Shown: positions 39,889 through 54,442 of the stretch, one piece after another
How positions within the stretch are numbered: position 1 is the first letter of the stretch
Layout: every line of letters begins with the position of its first letter
DNA from: the human T2T-CHM13v2.0 reference genome, Homo sapiens
Assembly: GCF_009914755.1 (NCBI RefSeq)
Contig: NC_060927.1
Length of the DNA: 64,000 bases
Strand: one strand, 5' to 3'
Notes under the pieces: model-generated
Databases searched by the model: none
What the model saw: only the letters and a program-made list of their open reading frames with translations
What the model was told of the DNA's origin: nothing
Program-made: the position numbers and the translations under genes

Positions 39889-40219
39889 TAAGCAGTTAAT
39901 CCTCATAACAAAAGGTTTAATTATTTAAAATAAGTACTACCTTAGATGCATTTACAAACTATATTAGATTATTTTATGTGAAAAATACCTTTGATTAAAG
40001 AAAAACAGTGTTAAAAATATTTTCTGTGCTTGATTTCCAAAGGATATTATTGAAGATGATATTTTCAAGGATTCTAATAGTTCTTTTTCTCCTTTAATTG
40101 CTTAGATCATAATCTAGAAAAATAATTTTAGGTTAATAATCCAATCTAAATTTCCTAGAATGGAACTTAAAAACTCACTATTTAGCAGACATTTTTTGCT
40201 CCATCTCTGGCCAATCTCC

Positions 40220-40640
40220 AGGTTAAATGAGAGAGGATTCTAAATAAGACCTGGTGAAGGTGACATTTGAGTTTGGTCTTTCAGTATGAGTAGAGTGAAA
40301 ATGGAAGTAGGTGAAAAGCAGAGAAACTGGTACTTTAGGCAAAGGCGTGAATTCAGGTCTTGTTCTGGAGATAGAATATAAATGAGATTAGCTGGAAGGG
40401 TTGGTGGGAGCCAAAACATCAAAGGCTGTAAAGCTGAGGAGTTAGGGCCTTACTCAGCATGGGAAGCCAACAGATTTTAGACTGAGTGCCATGTTCCTGT
40501 GTTGTTTGTGTTGTTGTAATGGATAAGATTGTGCAACATTAGCTAAGTAATGGACAAAAATAGACCCCACATACTTAATCAAAATCAATAGGGGCCAGGT
40601 ACTAGTGATTATGGAAAAAAGGAGTTTCCAGTAGACCTTG
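40220..40640 (-). mobile_element. L2 fragment
   Basis: ggtgaaggtgacatttgagtttggtc ... gggaagccaacagattttaga. Confidence 0.6.
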
Positions 40641-43600
40641 GAATTACACATTAGAGCTAAAGGACATATAAAAAAGATTTATTCATTTATCTTTCAGTTG
40701 TTATTTATAGGGCACCAACCATGAGTCAGGCACTCAGGGAGACCTCCAAGCTATTTTCAGTATGTTGAAAGACCTAAAAGAAAATTGTCTATTTCCTCTC
40801 AACAGGCTGAGTAGGATGATTAAAATTTCTTGTTTATTTGCTTTGGGTTGGAATTTATGGGAATTCACTATGGGAACACTGATAATCTCAGGCTGACCAG
40901 AAGCTCTGATAAGATGATAATTGGTATTTGTTTTTTTTTAAAGAGAGAATGAATTGAAATTTAATGTCCTTTGCTAGGTAAAATTATTCAGAATGTGGAA
41001 AAGCCGTTGCAGGGAAGGAGAATATTCAGGAGAGAAAAGTAATGAAATTCAGATTCCCACCTTTACACAGTCTCTTTTATATAAAAACCAACCTGTTTCT
41101 CCTCCCCTAATTTCCACCTCAGTAATGGCCCCACAATTCTTTCAGCTACAAATCCCAGAAACCCGGGCATTCTTCTCAACTCCTGCCTCCATTTAGTTCT
41201 TCTATCAAATCACAAACCAAACTATTGACTCTACCTGTGAAACTTTTCTAGAATCTTACCTTCTTCTTTATTCACACTATTCTGGCCTCTGTTGGTGTTA
41301 CAGGAGACACTCTTCCTTCACCACACTATGGCTTTTTCCTTTGTTTTGCAGAGTGGGTGGAATTTACAAACTAACTGTTGAGCAAACCAAGGTCTATGTG
41401 ACCTTGTCCAGAAAGATTAATTATATGTAATGCAACAGGGAATAAAATATGTCACAGTTGTCAAATTCTTCTGAGATGTCCTTCTATGTCCAGAAGCTGT
41501 GCTTGCTAGTTATTGAGTTTTTATTAGAAAAGAAGGAGGAATGTGTCCTTCAGTGTCCTGAATGAGCTAGAAAGTTGTGACTGGGTATCATAATCTAAGC
41601 TGCCTTAATTGAGATAAGCAAGGAATGATGAGTTGTCACCACAGGCTCACCATTCCTGCCCAAGGAAGTTATAACTATGATCGGATTACATCTCCTCTTG
41701 GGCAGTTGGGCCTGGTGTGTGCATGCAGAAGTGAAGGTGATAACTATTGCTTAGCACTGTCTTGGATAATTAATAAAAGTAAAGTTAAAAGAAACTTAAC
41801 AAACCACTTTCAGCTTATTCCATGTTCTGAAACTATTATCTCTTTGCACCTAGGAAAAGCAAAGTAAGACCTAGCCTAGCGAGGTACAAATTGTAATCGC
41901 TTACCCAGCAGCCATTTTTCCTCTTTTCTTATCACATTTGACACATACATATACTTTAAAAAATTGTTATTTATTTTAAATTCAACTGGCAATCCTGTAT
42001 GTTTTTGGCAACCCTAATATTCATGAACTCAATAGTCACACTCCTTGGTAGCATATACTTATACAAATATGTCCAGATTGGCAAAAAAATAATTTTTACA
42101 TTGATAATTTTTCCTCTGTCTAGGATTCCTCTTCTCATAGTTTCAAACGAGTAATAAAAAGCCATATCAGCAGTATCAAATTGTTTTTTAAACAAATATA
42201 AATGATATACTGTGAACAAAGAATTAAGTATCCTGACTTAACAGTCAGAAAAATTTGTGCTAGACTGTGAAATGGCAAAAAAAGTTTACTGAGTCTTTTG
42301 TCTTATGCATCCTTGTGGGGTATCTCCTCCTTCAATTTTATTTGAGCTACGTACAACTTTGTAGATGACAGAGTCTGCAGTTGACTCTTGTCCATAATGT
42401 GCATATGAATTCTGTCCAGTGAAGGGACAACTGATTTCGTTCCATGCCCTGTGGAAAAAGCCAGTTTTGCATCTATTTGTAAATTCGTTTCAGCATTCCT
42501 TCACTCTCTCTCTCTCTTTGAATTCACCTTTGAACCAGTTATATCTTTTACATGTTCTCTCGTTAATTAATAAATAAAACCTTTGACACATGTCCATTTT
42601 AACATTTTTACGAGAATCACGATTTTACCTTTAAAATATATATATATATATTTTAGCAATGCCTTTCGAATGATAAGTCAGTTCACTGATAGTTGATAAG
42701 TTAGTGCTAGGATATATTTTCAATCATCTCAGGAGGCTTTTTATGTTTTTCTTAAAGCAATTCCAAAACAAATTATTTCTTACACATATTTTTGGTAACA
42801 TTTTTGCTAAGGAGAAATAAAGTGTAATGACTTACAAGATAAAATTTGAGGCACTGTTGTCATAGGGAAACTTAGCAAAGTAACTGGAAGATAAGATTGA
42901 GGTAGAGGAAGAGAAAGAGAATAATAATGACTTTTTTAAGTAAAGTAAACAAATGAACAAACAAAGAAAACCCAAAGCCCTTGTGCCAAATCCTTACAGA
43001 GAGATGGATAATGCCTTAATATCTGGACCAATTAATGGCCTTACTCTTAAGCAGTTTTTACCCAATATGAGGACCAATTCTTGGGGGGAAGGAAGAAGGA
43101 TGGAAATGGAGACGAAAGCCTCCAACACTTCCCCTTAGAGGTCAATACGCCCTTTCTGTTCAGTCTACCCACTTCCAGATATTCCCTCTTCAAAAGTACC
43201 CCATTCCCCTGCCATGAGCCCTGTCCTTTCGATGCCTTACTCGCATGTAGGGACTGTATGGAGAGATAATATGAGGAATATTCTAAGAAAAGCAAAGAGA
43301 GGGAACAAGGCTTTTGGTGGTGAGTTGTTCTGGGCTGGATCCTTTAGGAAGTGAGGAGCTGGAAGAAGAGGAATAACCACATGGGCATCTGGTATGGTAG
43401 ATGTTTGGATCTCTCTGAATACTTAGAAAAACTTTAGCAGGTTCCCAAGTGATGGCCCTTCAAGACTACACAGCAACAATTTTTCTCCCTACCTGCATAC
43501 CCCAAGCTCCCCAGCTGCCCTATTAGGAGCCTTCAAGAGCAGTATCAGGGGATAGAAGGTAAACACTATGCAAAGGTCCTGAGCCTCAGTGTGGAGAGGG

Positions 43601-43880
43601 TGCTGGGGGCAAGTGGGGGTAGTGTGGGTACAGACTTATGATCTGACACCAGCAACAGCAGGCTCCTCGCTCCAAACTGAGGTTCACACTTGGTGAGGGC
43701 AGGGGCATTCCCCACCTCCTGGGCTACCCTAGTAACTCTCAGAGCCCTGAAACTCCCTGGCCCCTATATCTCCAATCTCCAGTGAAAGTTGTAGGTTCCA
43801 GAAGTACCTCTGGCCCTAAATGACTTTTTCATTCCTGCTGTCTTTTGTTTGTTTGTTTGTTTCCAGATGAAAATAACTGT

Positions 43881-44115
43881 TGGCTAGGCACAGTGGCTCA
43901 TGCTTGTAATCCTAGCTCTTTGAGGGGGCAAGGCAGGAGGATCACTTGAGCCCAGGAATTTGAGACCACCCTGGGCAAAATAGTGCGACCTTGTCACTAT
44001 TATTACCAAAAAATTAGTTGGGCGTGGAGTATCGCTCAAGCCCAGACTTCAGTGAGCTGTGATTGTGCCACTACACTCCAGCCTGGGCAGCAGAGTGAGA
44101 TCCTGCCTCAAAAAC
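43881..44115 (+). mobile_element. AluJ with right-arm internal deletion
   Basis: ggaggatcacttgagcccaggaatttgag; shortened right monomer. Confidence 0.85.
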
Positions 44116-44839
44116 AGATGTATTAACTTTTACTTATTAATACTTTATTATATATTGCAATATATCTATTTCTATATCTATAATCTCCAATTCTCAAAAC
44201 AAAATGTGCAAGGCAGCTATTATTAGAAATGGTCCTGGACAGTATACACAGCTCATTAGAGGGAGGGTGGCTGCATTATACAGAGCCCCAGGAGGCACAG
44301 AAGTGTCTGCTGCAAAGCTTTCGCTCTTCCCAGTGCCCCCTTGCCCCTAACTGTACCCTCTAAATGGGTTCTATTCCAGTATCCAGCAAAGGCTTCTATA
44401 GGAAGAGACACTGTCTTTGCCTGCCACATCTAAATGACCTTCCTGAGTCCTGGCCTAGGAGAAGGCAAAGTTTCAGACTTGTGCCAGGAAAATATTAAAC
44501 CACAGTCTTGATGAATGTGGCCATAGCTGGCTTGTTTATTAATTACAATCTATTTTCTCACCAGTTAGTTTAGTGCAGGGACCACGTATAGTCAAGCCCT
44601 AGCAAAATGCTTGGCACAGAGAAGACATTTAGTAACTGTTTGTTAGGGAAAATGAATGCATTGCATGCGATCGTTTATTTTGTTCACATTAGAAAACAAA
44701 AGCATGCAATTCTCCTTTAGCATTAATAAGTATTGGATTATTAATGATGGAACAAGTTGGAATGATGGAACAGCAGAATGTTATTAAAGGCCAATATAAT
44801 GAATTCCCTACATCCTCTAACAGATTCAGATACATATAG

Positions 44840-45700
44840 GTAGATTCCTTAGTACAATCATAAAATCTTGCAAGGTGGGAATGAACACAGATTACAATTA
44901 TTTTAAAAATTATATAGTAGTACATGCTCACAGTAAAAATTCATACTACACAGATGTATAGCAAAAGTAAGAGTCTCCTTCTACATCCCCCCCTCCAATC
45001 CTATTTCCCTCTCTGGAAAAAAGTGCTGTTAATGACTCAGGATGTATCCATCAAATCTTTTGTGCATTTATAAATATGTATAGTGATTCTGCATAAGTAG
45101 GATTATGATCTACATATTGCTCATGAGTTGATGTTTCATTAATCACCTTTCCACTTCAGTGTAGTTAAATTTGCTGGTTGCACAGTGTGGCTATCCCGTA
45201 AATTATTTAATTATTCCCTTACTGGTGGATTTTCAGGTACTTCCAATATTTCATTCTCAGAACAATTGCTGTGATAAGCATTTATATGTTAGTATGTGTG
45301 CATTTCTCACATTTGCTTATATTTTTGTAGAATAGATCTCTAGAAATGACATCATTGGGTCAAATGACACGGGCACATAAAATTTTGACAGACACTACCA
45401 AATGGGTCTCCAAAAATGTTATATCTCCAAAAATCATGTGTCATGATTGGTGATACATGATTGATGATTGATATAGACAACTGACATGTTCATCAACTGT
45501 ATTTGACAGTCCCTTGCCTGCATTCTTACCAATACTGAATATTAGCAATATTTTTCATTTTTCCCCATTTTAAGTGTGAAAAAAATTATATCTCATTGTT
45601 ATTTTACTTTTTGTTTTCCTGAATACCAGTGAGGGTGGGCATCTTTTTGAAAACTTCCTGGTCATTCATCTTTCACCATATGTAAATTACTTGTGCGTGT
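44840..45700 (-). mobile_element. L1ME 3' region
   Basis: Degenerate L1ME antisense text (tctagaaatgacatcattgggtcaaatg...ttttgacagacactaccaaat). Confidence 0.7.
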
Positions 45701-45949
45701 CCTCAGGAGGTAGAGATCTCTATCCTCTTGTGCAACCAACAGGGCTAAGACTGGAGCTGAGTATGAGAGCATGTGTAAATTTTTTGGGATTGTTTGCCTG
45801 ACACCCATCCACTCTGGCTTCCAAAACCTGGAAGGTTTGGCTTAGCGATACTTCACATGACTGTCAAGAGTGCTTTAGTCAACAAATCCAGGCTGGGGAA
45901 AAGAAAGGACCTGCAAATTGAATTACTGCATACCTGAAAGCAATAAGGA

Positions 45950-47410
45950 TTCCCATCACTGGAGGTAAGCAGGGTAGCACTAACATTTGATGCATTACTA
46001 AGGTTTTAATATAAGATTAATTGGGATTGGGTAAAGATAGAGGGTAAGGTATTGAGACCAAACCCCTGTTTCTCTAAATCAGTATAGGGTCCTCATTAAT
46101 CTTTAGGATTGTACAGTGGGATGATCTCTTACAACCAAATGGAAGGCCTTGGAAAAAGAAAATGATAGGTTTGTTAGTTAACTGCCAACCCAAGGAATGC
46201 TTTGAAAGCCAGAAAGTTTCTATGGCAGCTCATCTCCTGCAGACTGTGCTGAAAATCAGCTCAGATCTGATTATTAAGTGGCAGTACTGCAAAGGAGACT
46301 AGATAGATGCATGGCCTCAGCAAAACTCCTACATCAGAATCAGGGCCCTGATCGGGGAAAAAAGTGACCCTGAGACTGGGTATAAGGAAAATATTGGTGG
46401 ATGATTCTGAGATGCTTAAATTTCAGATTTCCCTGAGCCATATTACCTGTCAGAAACAGTTCTTTCCCCTGAAGAAAAGTCTTCCCTTGTCTGAAGAGTG
46501 TACCATGGCTTTACATGAAGCATGTGCCTCACAAGATGACACAGATTCTCCTCAACGATTCCCCTCAAGAATATTCCCCCTTCCCCTGCCCCTTATTTTA
46601 CAGACTTATAACCAGAGTCAACTCAAAGCCCAGCCTTAGAAGTGAAATACAAGCCCTATTATTGGAATAAATGGCTTACATACCAAAGGAATTACAGAAC
46701 CTTGCTAATATGCACAGAAAAAAATAAGGTAAAATATATTATCTCAAAGATGTTTTTTCAGTGGGAAAAGTGTACAACAGGCTGGAGAAAGGAAATTCAT
46801 TGACATACGAATACTCACTCATGACTCAGGACTTAACGCCTGGGAGGGACCCTGGAATAATTAGTCCTAGGAATTTTCTGTGATGGCTTGTTGAACTCTG
46901 GACATGATGAAGGATGACAGTAAATGAAGTGGAGCTTCCAGAATTTCCTTGGCATGGTATTAAATTGGTTCTTGGTATAGGAAATATTAGAATGGATTTA
47001 TTATGTAAGGTCTAAGAACTCAAAATCTGTGTTCTCCAAATGGGCCAACCACTCTCTGTACTGAGGTAATAAGGAATGCACTGATGAGAAGCCCCTAGTA
47101 TTTATTGGAAAAGCTTGGTAATAGCTATTTTCTGCAGGCTGAATTGTCCCTGTTTCCTGCAGAGAGTGAGAGAAGCTTTCATGAAATGGGGTTCCCTGAT
47201 GTCAGTGGGGATTTTGGGATTCCAGAATGGCAGCAGCTAGAAGACAGCACTTAAGCATCGAAGGCAAAATGGTGTAGTGTCTGCAGCAAAGCCAGAGTAG
47301 CAATCAAGGTGCCTCCATTTACAGTACCTACGGCAATGGATGAAAGATAGCATGCATCTAGGTGTGAAATAGATGAGCACTCAACCAAGATTTTGCTTGA
47401 TTTTTTGGCA
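45950..47410 (+). mobile_element. Decayed ERVL/MaLR internal (gag-like) sequence without visible LTRs
   Basis: cagggccctgatcggggaaaaaagtgaccctgagactgg resembles the ERVL gag RALIGKEWDPETW block. aggaatgcactgatgaga and gcagcacttaa-type blocks follow. Confidence 0.7.
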
Positions 47411-47699
47411 TTAGCTTTATTATTTTTGTTAAAATGACACCTACAAATTGTAAGAAATCCTATGTATATAGAAAATTCCCCCAAAAAGTAATATTCTCAC
47501 CAGAGAATACCACCTTTACCATTTTGGTGACCATTCATCCAGATATCTGTCTGTGCTTGTGTTCATAGTTTTCTATGCATGAGATCTGGTTGTATGTGCT
47601 GTTTCTTTAACCTGCTTCATTAACTCAGTTTTCTGTAGGCATCCTTCCTTATCAATGACAATAGTCAAGAATTTTGACTATATAAGGACAGTATGACAT

Positions 47700-47915
47700 T
47701 ATTTTATGAGCCTAGCTAGACATTGGGCCAGATTGTCTCAGTTCAAATGCCAGGTTCACCAATTTCTAGCTTTGTGAAAATAAATTGAATTCCCTGCACC
47801 TCAGTTTCCTTACCTCTAAAATGGGTATAATAGCCATACATAGTGACTTAAGACTCTTGTGAAGATTAAAGGAGAGAGAATACATTGATCAATGCCTGAC
47901 AGGTGTCACCTATTA
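47700..47915 (+). mobile_element. MIR
   Basis: cctcagtttccttacctctaaaatgggtataata. Confidence 0.75.
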
Positions 47916-49315
47916 TTAGCCATTGCTTTACAGTCTCCTAGTAGTAGAAATTTAAGTTGTCTTTTTAAAAAAATTTAGATAAACAATGTTTCAGTGAACA
48001 TCCCTGCCCCTACATCTTCTTATATTTGTGATTATTTCCCTAAGAAAATCCCCAGAAATGAGTTCTCCAAAGGAAAAGTCATGATCCATTTTCCTGAATG
48101 ATCTCTTTTATATTTTTCAGAATTTAAAGTTTCTAGCATGTGAATTGTGTCCTCCTGGACTACACATGTAAATACAGATGTGTCCTATTATCTCTTTTTT
48201 ATTATTAAATAGGAATTTGAGCTTGGGGAGAGGTAAACTAGAAAACAAGGGCTCATATTGACATGTGGTGTTTCGTGATTTTTAAATTGCTTCTAATTCC
48301 GTCGTCTGCACGTTTTGGCATGAATACAGAAGCACTGAATCTTGACCAGGCCATCATGTTTAGAACAAGTGAGTGAGATCAGTGACCTTGTGCTAATGAC
48401 CATGATCCCTTGGAAAGTGTTTTCTGTAACATGATCAAGTAGCTTAATGGATGATATCTGAGTCTTGAGAAAAAATATTTCATTGATTCATTCCACTTTG
48501 GCACCCAGATGTAGCATTTAGATGCTCCCCAGTTCTCCCATCCATGACAATTGATCCTCATGGCAGTATTTGCCGGCTGGGTTCCTGTTCCACGGCGCCT
48601 TTCTCTGAGCCTGTGAACTATTGTTAATTTCCCTCTAGAGAAAGGAAGCTTCATTCCTTCCACTCCCTATATTCCATCTCTATGTTCTGCTCCTCTATAG
48701 AAAGCTCTACCATGACTCTCTGTCCTTCTCTTTAAAATTTAACTTAGTCTTTTCCCAAAACATTTTTCCTAAGTTAACTTCTCAGCGCCTCTCTGGACTA
48801 GATTTTCACGTAACAGCTCTGTTTTAGGGAGAAGCTCATCCATTCCTTTTCTTTGCATGTGGTGCCTGGGAGGCGGTAAAGTCAGGCATTGAAATTGATT
48901 AAAACTGGTCTTAAATCACATTTTTATGAATTCATTCTTCATTCATGCTTCCATTCAGTTTTTTACATGGGTGTCATTCATTTGCTTAGTTATTATGCAA
49001 TTATTCATGCATGAAATAGATATATGTTATATGTGCCTGCATTCTGTTTTCATACATTCATCTCCATACCCATTCATTCATTCATGCTTTAATTCACTCA
49101 GTTATTTAACTCAACCATTCATACCCCATTCTCCATGACGTGCTTATTTCACATTGCATGCCTATATCAAAACATCTCATATACTCCATAAATATATACA
49201 CTTACTATGTATCCACAAAAATATAAAATAAGAATTAAAAAGGCATTAAAAATAATTCAATCATTTATTTACATAGAATACATGTATTCAATTATTTATT
49301 CATTTGTTTCTTCCA

Positions 49316-49748
49316 TATCAGTCAGGAAGCAAGAAACCAATGGCACACTCAAATTTAGATGATTTGAACGGATTATTTACAAAGGCATGAGCAGAATATA
49401 AGACCACAAGGATTAGTGTAGCACCCTATGGCCAGCATCAGCTGGGCACTATTACCACCTCTGGGTCTGAAAAAACAAGGGAAGGGATAACCTGAGGCCT
49501 CATATTGAGGGATGCAGTAGGCCCCTGATGGCGTACATGGGAGGGAATCTGGGCATAAATATTATGATCTAATGCTCCTTCCTCTCTTGCTCATGCCTTC
49601 TCACCCCCAATATTGTCCGAATGGAACTGGAAGTCATTGTGCAAGAGAGAGATAGAGGTGGTTCACATTGATTAGCCTTCTGGGGCACAGAGCAGGAGAA
49701 ATGGGGGTGGAAAGAGGATCTGGAGAAGCAGAGGAAAGATATTCACAC
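49316..49748 (-). mobile_element. LTR33-like ERVL LTR
   Basis: atcagtcagg...atggcacactcaaa...tatttacaaagg...attaccacctctgggtctgaa. Confidence 0.65.
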
Positions 49749-50409
49749 ACCCTCTGAGGTGCTGAGGCTGGGCAGCACTGTGCCTTTCTTTGTCTTTCCT
49801 ACTAGTGGGAAAGAAACAGCAGAAATAGGCAAGAAAATCCTGTCCAGGAAACTATTGTCATGCCGGAAAGCCACATAGAATGGAAAGAGCCTGGCTATTC
49901 ATGAGTCTTTGGATTATGCCCCTTTGGGAAAATCTTTTGGGTTCCTCTACTACCTCCAACCAAGAAGGGCACTCTCTTCTGTGACAATATTTTAACAACA
50001 TATTGTGTCTGGATGACTGCACTACATACCATGAGGACACAGACTGTGTCTTACTTGTCTTTTGTCCCCAGAGCCTAGCCAGGGCCTGGCACACAGTAAA
50101 TGTGGCATGAAAGGATGAATGGATGCATGAATGCTTGAATGAAAGGATGCCGAGTTTAGGGAGGTAATAGACTCTTGACTTTCTTTCACAAACCCACAAG
50201 GTGGCAGCAATTACCATGGTCCAGTTTCTATTTGTAGCATTCAGAGATGCATCTTCATCAAAGGTCTTATGAATAGGATACGTATATTTTTTAAATTATT
50301 ATATCAAGAACGGAATAATGCACTGGGGGAAAGATAGGAAAAAATTAAATATTTACTATCATGAATATGTAGATATATAATAGATATGACACTATAAATT
50401 TTACTTTAA

Positions 50410-50660
50410 AAGGGTTAATACCTGGGTGATGGGGTGATCTGTGTAGCAAACCACCATGGCGCATTTACCTATGTAACAAACCTGCACATCCTGCACATGT
50501 ACCCTGAGATTAAAATAGAAGTTGATAAAAAAAAGAAAGCAGGATTTCAAGATTTGCACACCCATGTTCAGAGCAGTATTATTTGAAATAGCCAAGAGGT
50601 GGAAGCAATCCAAATGTCCTTCGATGGATGACTGAATAAACAAAGTGTTATGTATGAAAA
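50410..50660 (+). mobile_element. Short L1PA 3' end plus an adjacent L1 fragment
   Basis: caaaccaccatggc...cctatgtaacaaacctgcac, an A tail, then cacacccatgttcagagcagtatta. Confidence 0.8.
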
Positions 50661-52379
50661 AAAAAGCATTTAGAAAACATGTGTTACTAAATTTGCAAAA
50701 GAAGTAAAATTTTCCCTCTGTGAAAATGTTAGCTACATGAATTATATTTGCCTATGTTATCTGTATAGTGTCTGTGTTATCTGCTTACCCAAAAATCACT
50801 TGCTGAGCTCTTCCTGTACACGTGGTCCTGTTTCTGGACTTCAAAGTTAAAAAATTTCACAGGTTCTGGTTTCTCAAGGAGCCTGCTTCTTTCCCCTCTT
50901 CTCTCCAGCCACTTCAGTCTTTGCAGAGACCATACATTGTGTTTCTTATACCGGGCTGTAAATTCTTGAATTCTTCACTGTTTCAGGTCATATTAACTTC
51001 TGAAAAAGGGCGTCACGTTTTTTAAAAAGTTACTAAATTTTCTTTACAAGCTCAGGGATGATGGTGTCCCAGTGAAGTCAACAGTACCTTAGTTTCATTG
51101 AAAGTACTTAAAGTTCCTGTGTGTCTTAGAAATCAAGAGTATCATTTCTTCATTAAAAAAAAATTTTGTTTTAACTTGCAGAAATCTTGCTTGGATTTTT
51201 ATTACTTTTGCACTGTAGCAAAGATTGCCAAAACTTATCTTCAAAGTTATCAGCAATTCTGGATTTAGCATAAATTTTACCTTCTAACTTTAAACAAAGC
51301 TATTGTTTTGTCCAAGAGATTAAGAAAAAGAATGCTAAGTAAAAGGAGACTCTCTTTTTTTATGAACAAGAGGTCACTAAAGAAGATCAATAAGAAGCTA
51401 CAAGGGTGATTGGCTGGACCATGAGTGAATTCTTGAGTTAAAATGTATGTCTTAATAACAGATAAGAATAAGAAAGACAAGAATAGGAAGAGAATAAAGA
51501 AACAAAACAAGGCACACAACACAACTGCGTCAGTGTACATTGGCTTCTTGGCAGTGGATCAAGTCTCTCAGAGGTTGCTTCTCCCAAATCTCTCAGGTTT
51601 TTTTCAGCTGCTAAAGGAGAACTCACACTCATTCAATACCTGCTGAACCCCAGGAACCAAATCAATCTTTTAAATATTTTACCACTTAAGCTTTACAATA
51701 GCTCTGTGTCAAAGTACAATTTTCAAAAAGTTAAAAACATGACTCTCATACAAAAATTGAATGAACATGTCAAAAATATACTCAACTCATTGATGAATGA
51801 AGGAACTAGTAAACTGGCAAAGTTGGCACCCAAGGGCATTTGAGGAACAGGTGCTTATGTAGTATATCAGGAAAGGAATTTAAAAAAAAAACCCAAGAGA
51901 CTGTTAAAGTCCTACAGATAGTAAAACTATAACCTTTAGTATTATTTTTTCCTACCGGACAGAAGTCTACAAATCAACGTGTAACTTCATAATGGGGCTC
52001 TGATCCGGTAGCAAATAGCAAAGTCAAACAAAGTTTCATTCTCCTTGGAATCAAACAATCCTTGAGCAGACCTGTTAAATAATGACCCAGCATGATGCTA
52101 AAACACAAAGTCATCCTTTTTGTTTCTTTTAATTTCTTGTTCTACCTCCAGCTTTTTGTCTCTAAGCTTAGAGCTCTGGGGGGTCCGGGGCTGGCTATGT
52201 CTGTCTTTTTCACCACTGTGAAAAACATGCAAACATGTAATGTGCAGTGACAAGCAGTACACAAATATTTGTTTAGCTGAATTGAATTGAGTTGTAGAAA
52301 GGTTAGTAACTTGCATAAAATCCAACAGTAGGAAAGTGGCCGATCCCCTGAGACTTCTTATAATCTCACAGTAGGTAGG

Positions 52380-52760
52380 TATATTAGTTTCCTAGGGCTG
52401 CTGTAATGAATTATTCACAAACCAGGTACCTAAAAACAACAGAAATTCATTCCTTCACAGCTCCAGAGGATGAGAGTCTGAAATCAAGGTATTGGAAGGG
52501 CCGTGATCCCTCTGAAGTTTCTAAAGAAGAATCTTTCCTTGCCTCTTCTAGTTTCAAGAATGCTAAGGTTGCCTACAATCCTTGGTATTTGTAGCTTGTA
52601 GCTGCATCACTCCACTTTCTGCCTCAGTCTTTGCATGGCTGTCTTCCCTCTATGTGTGTGTATGTCTCTGCAAAGACCCTATTTCCAAATAAGGTCACAT
52701 TCACAGTACTGGAGGTTAGAACTTGAACATATCTTTATGAGGGACACAACTCAACAGGAG
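52380..52760 (-). mobile_element. MLT1 (B/C-like) LTR
   Basis: tattagtttcctagggctgctgtaa ... ccctatttccaaataaggtcacattcac. Confidence 0.85.
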
Positions 52761-54140
52761 GCTTTAGAGACAGAAGGTCTTGGGCTTGAAGTCCTTTAGA
52801 CTATTTAGTCAGATGAGGATCTCTCAGCCTTGTCTGCACGCTTTCTGCTTCCCCAGGTACTGAGGAAAACTCCTGTTCTTAGCCAAATAAAATTCCAGGA
52901 GCCCCAGGCATTTATCATGGCTATTTTGCATCATGACCTTTTGATCTTATAGTTCTAGTTCTAGTAACAAATCCCTTTCATTTCTCTGAAACAAAATCCT
53001 TGCCTTTTGCCCAGGTTTTAGTAAGTGGATCTTTATCTTTTCCCTGCCATGTCTGAGATTTTGGTACCTGCGCAGGAGGCCAGTTTTCCTGGGTCCTGGT
53101 CCATGCCCTGCTCTCGCCAGGGTACCTGGGTGCCATCAGTGCCAGCTGAGCAACATGAGTTACTGGAAAACAGGGAGAGAGCAGATGCTCCCTCTGACTG
53201 GAAAAGAGAAAACTGGCTTGGGTGGTCTTCTCCCTTTTGCAGTTGGCCTGGAATTCACAAGGTGTGGTCAACAGATTTCTAAGCCAGGTGGCTGGCAGGG
53301 ATCCCATCAAGATCCCAGGAAGCCTTTTGGGTCCCAAAGATCCCAGAGAGGGCTTTTGGAGCTTGGGGGAAGCAGCAGCTCTCAGCACTTGGTGGTTGTA
53401 GAGAACATTAGTCTTACAGTTTTTCATTAAAAAAACCTTCCAAATTAATTTTGAAAAACTATGAGTCATGTCACACATTTTTAAGTTAGCATCTAAAGTT
53501 TTTCATCTTAAATTTAAATAATTATAAAATATAATTTTTGACATTTCATAATTTATTAACATTCTAAAATAAAACTGTTCCATCACTCTTTTAAAAGTGT
53601 CCAGTGAAATCTAAATACTATTATGATTATATCCCCTATGACATCTTTATATATTCATGAACAAGTTTTTTTAAAATGGTAGAATTTGTTGTGTATTTCT
53701 TTATTCCTCTTTGAGCTCATATTTCGTTTTGATTCTTCCACAAAATTTAACCCTCATGTAATACACGTTTAAGCATGAAAGCATCTTATGTAATCTGTCC
53801 TACTTCTCTGTGAAAAAAGTTTAGAAAATCAAATTTTAAAACTGTCTTCTTCACAGTAACCTAAGGTTCTGAGGGTTAACAAATATTTGTTTGGGTTGAG
53901 TTACTATAACCATTATTAGTACATAATCAAAATAACATAAAGATAATAAATTTTGATAAATAGTAAATATAAAATGTAAATTTTTATTGAAAATTCAATT
54001 CTTACTGAAATGACTGGCTTTTCCCTCCCCCCAATTGGTTTGTGTATCTGTAAATGATGATTACTTATTGATGGAATGAAGTAGAGTTTTATGTTAATTC
54101 TATTACTCTTTTTCATTTTTATAGATAAAAGTGCTAAAAC

Positions 54141-54442
<302 letters not shown>

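Noticed and set aside
43702-43713. kB-like GGGGCATTCCCC, and similar sites near 21553 and 21618
   Set aside because: Isolated short motifs expected by chance in 64 kb, with no supporting context.
52978-53478. 166-aa minus-strand ORF and overlapping plus-strand ORFs
   Set aside because: No recognisable homology or domain, and it begins in a probable transposon relic. Open frames on both strands fit the locally higher GC content.
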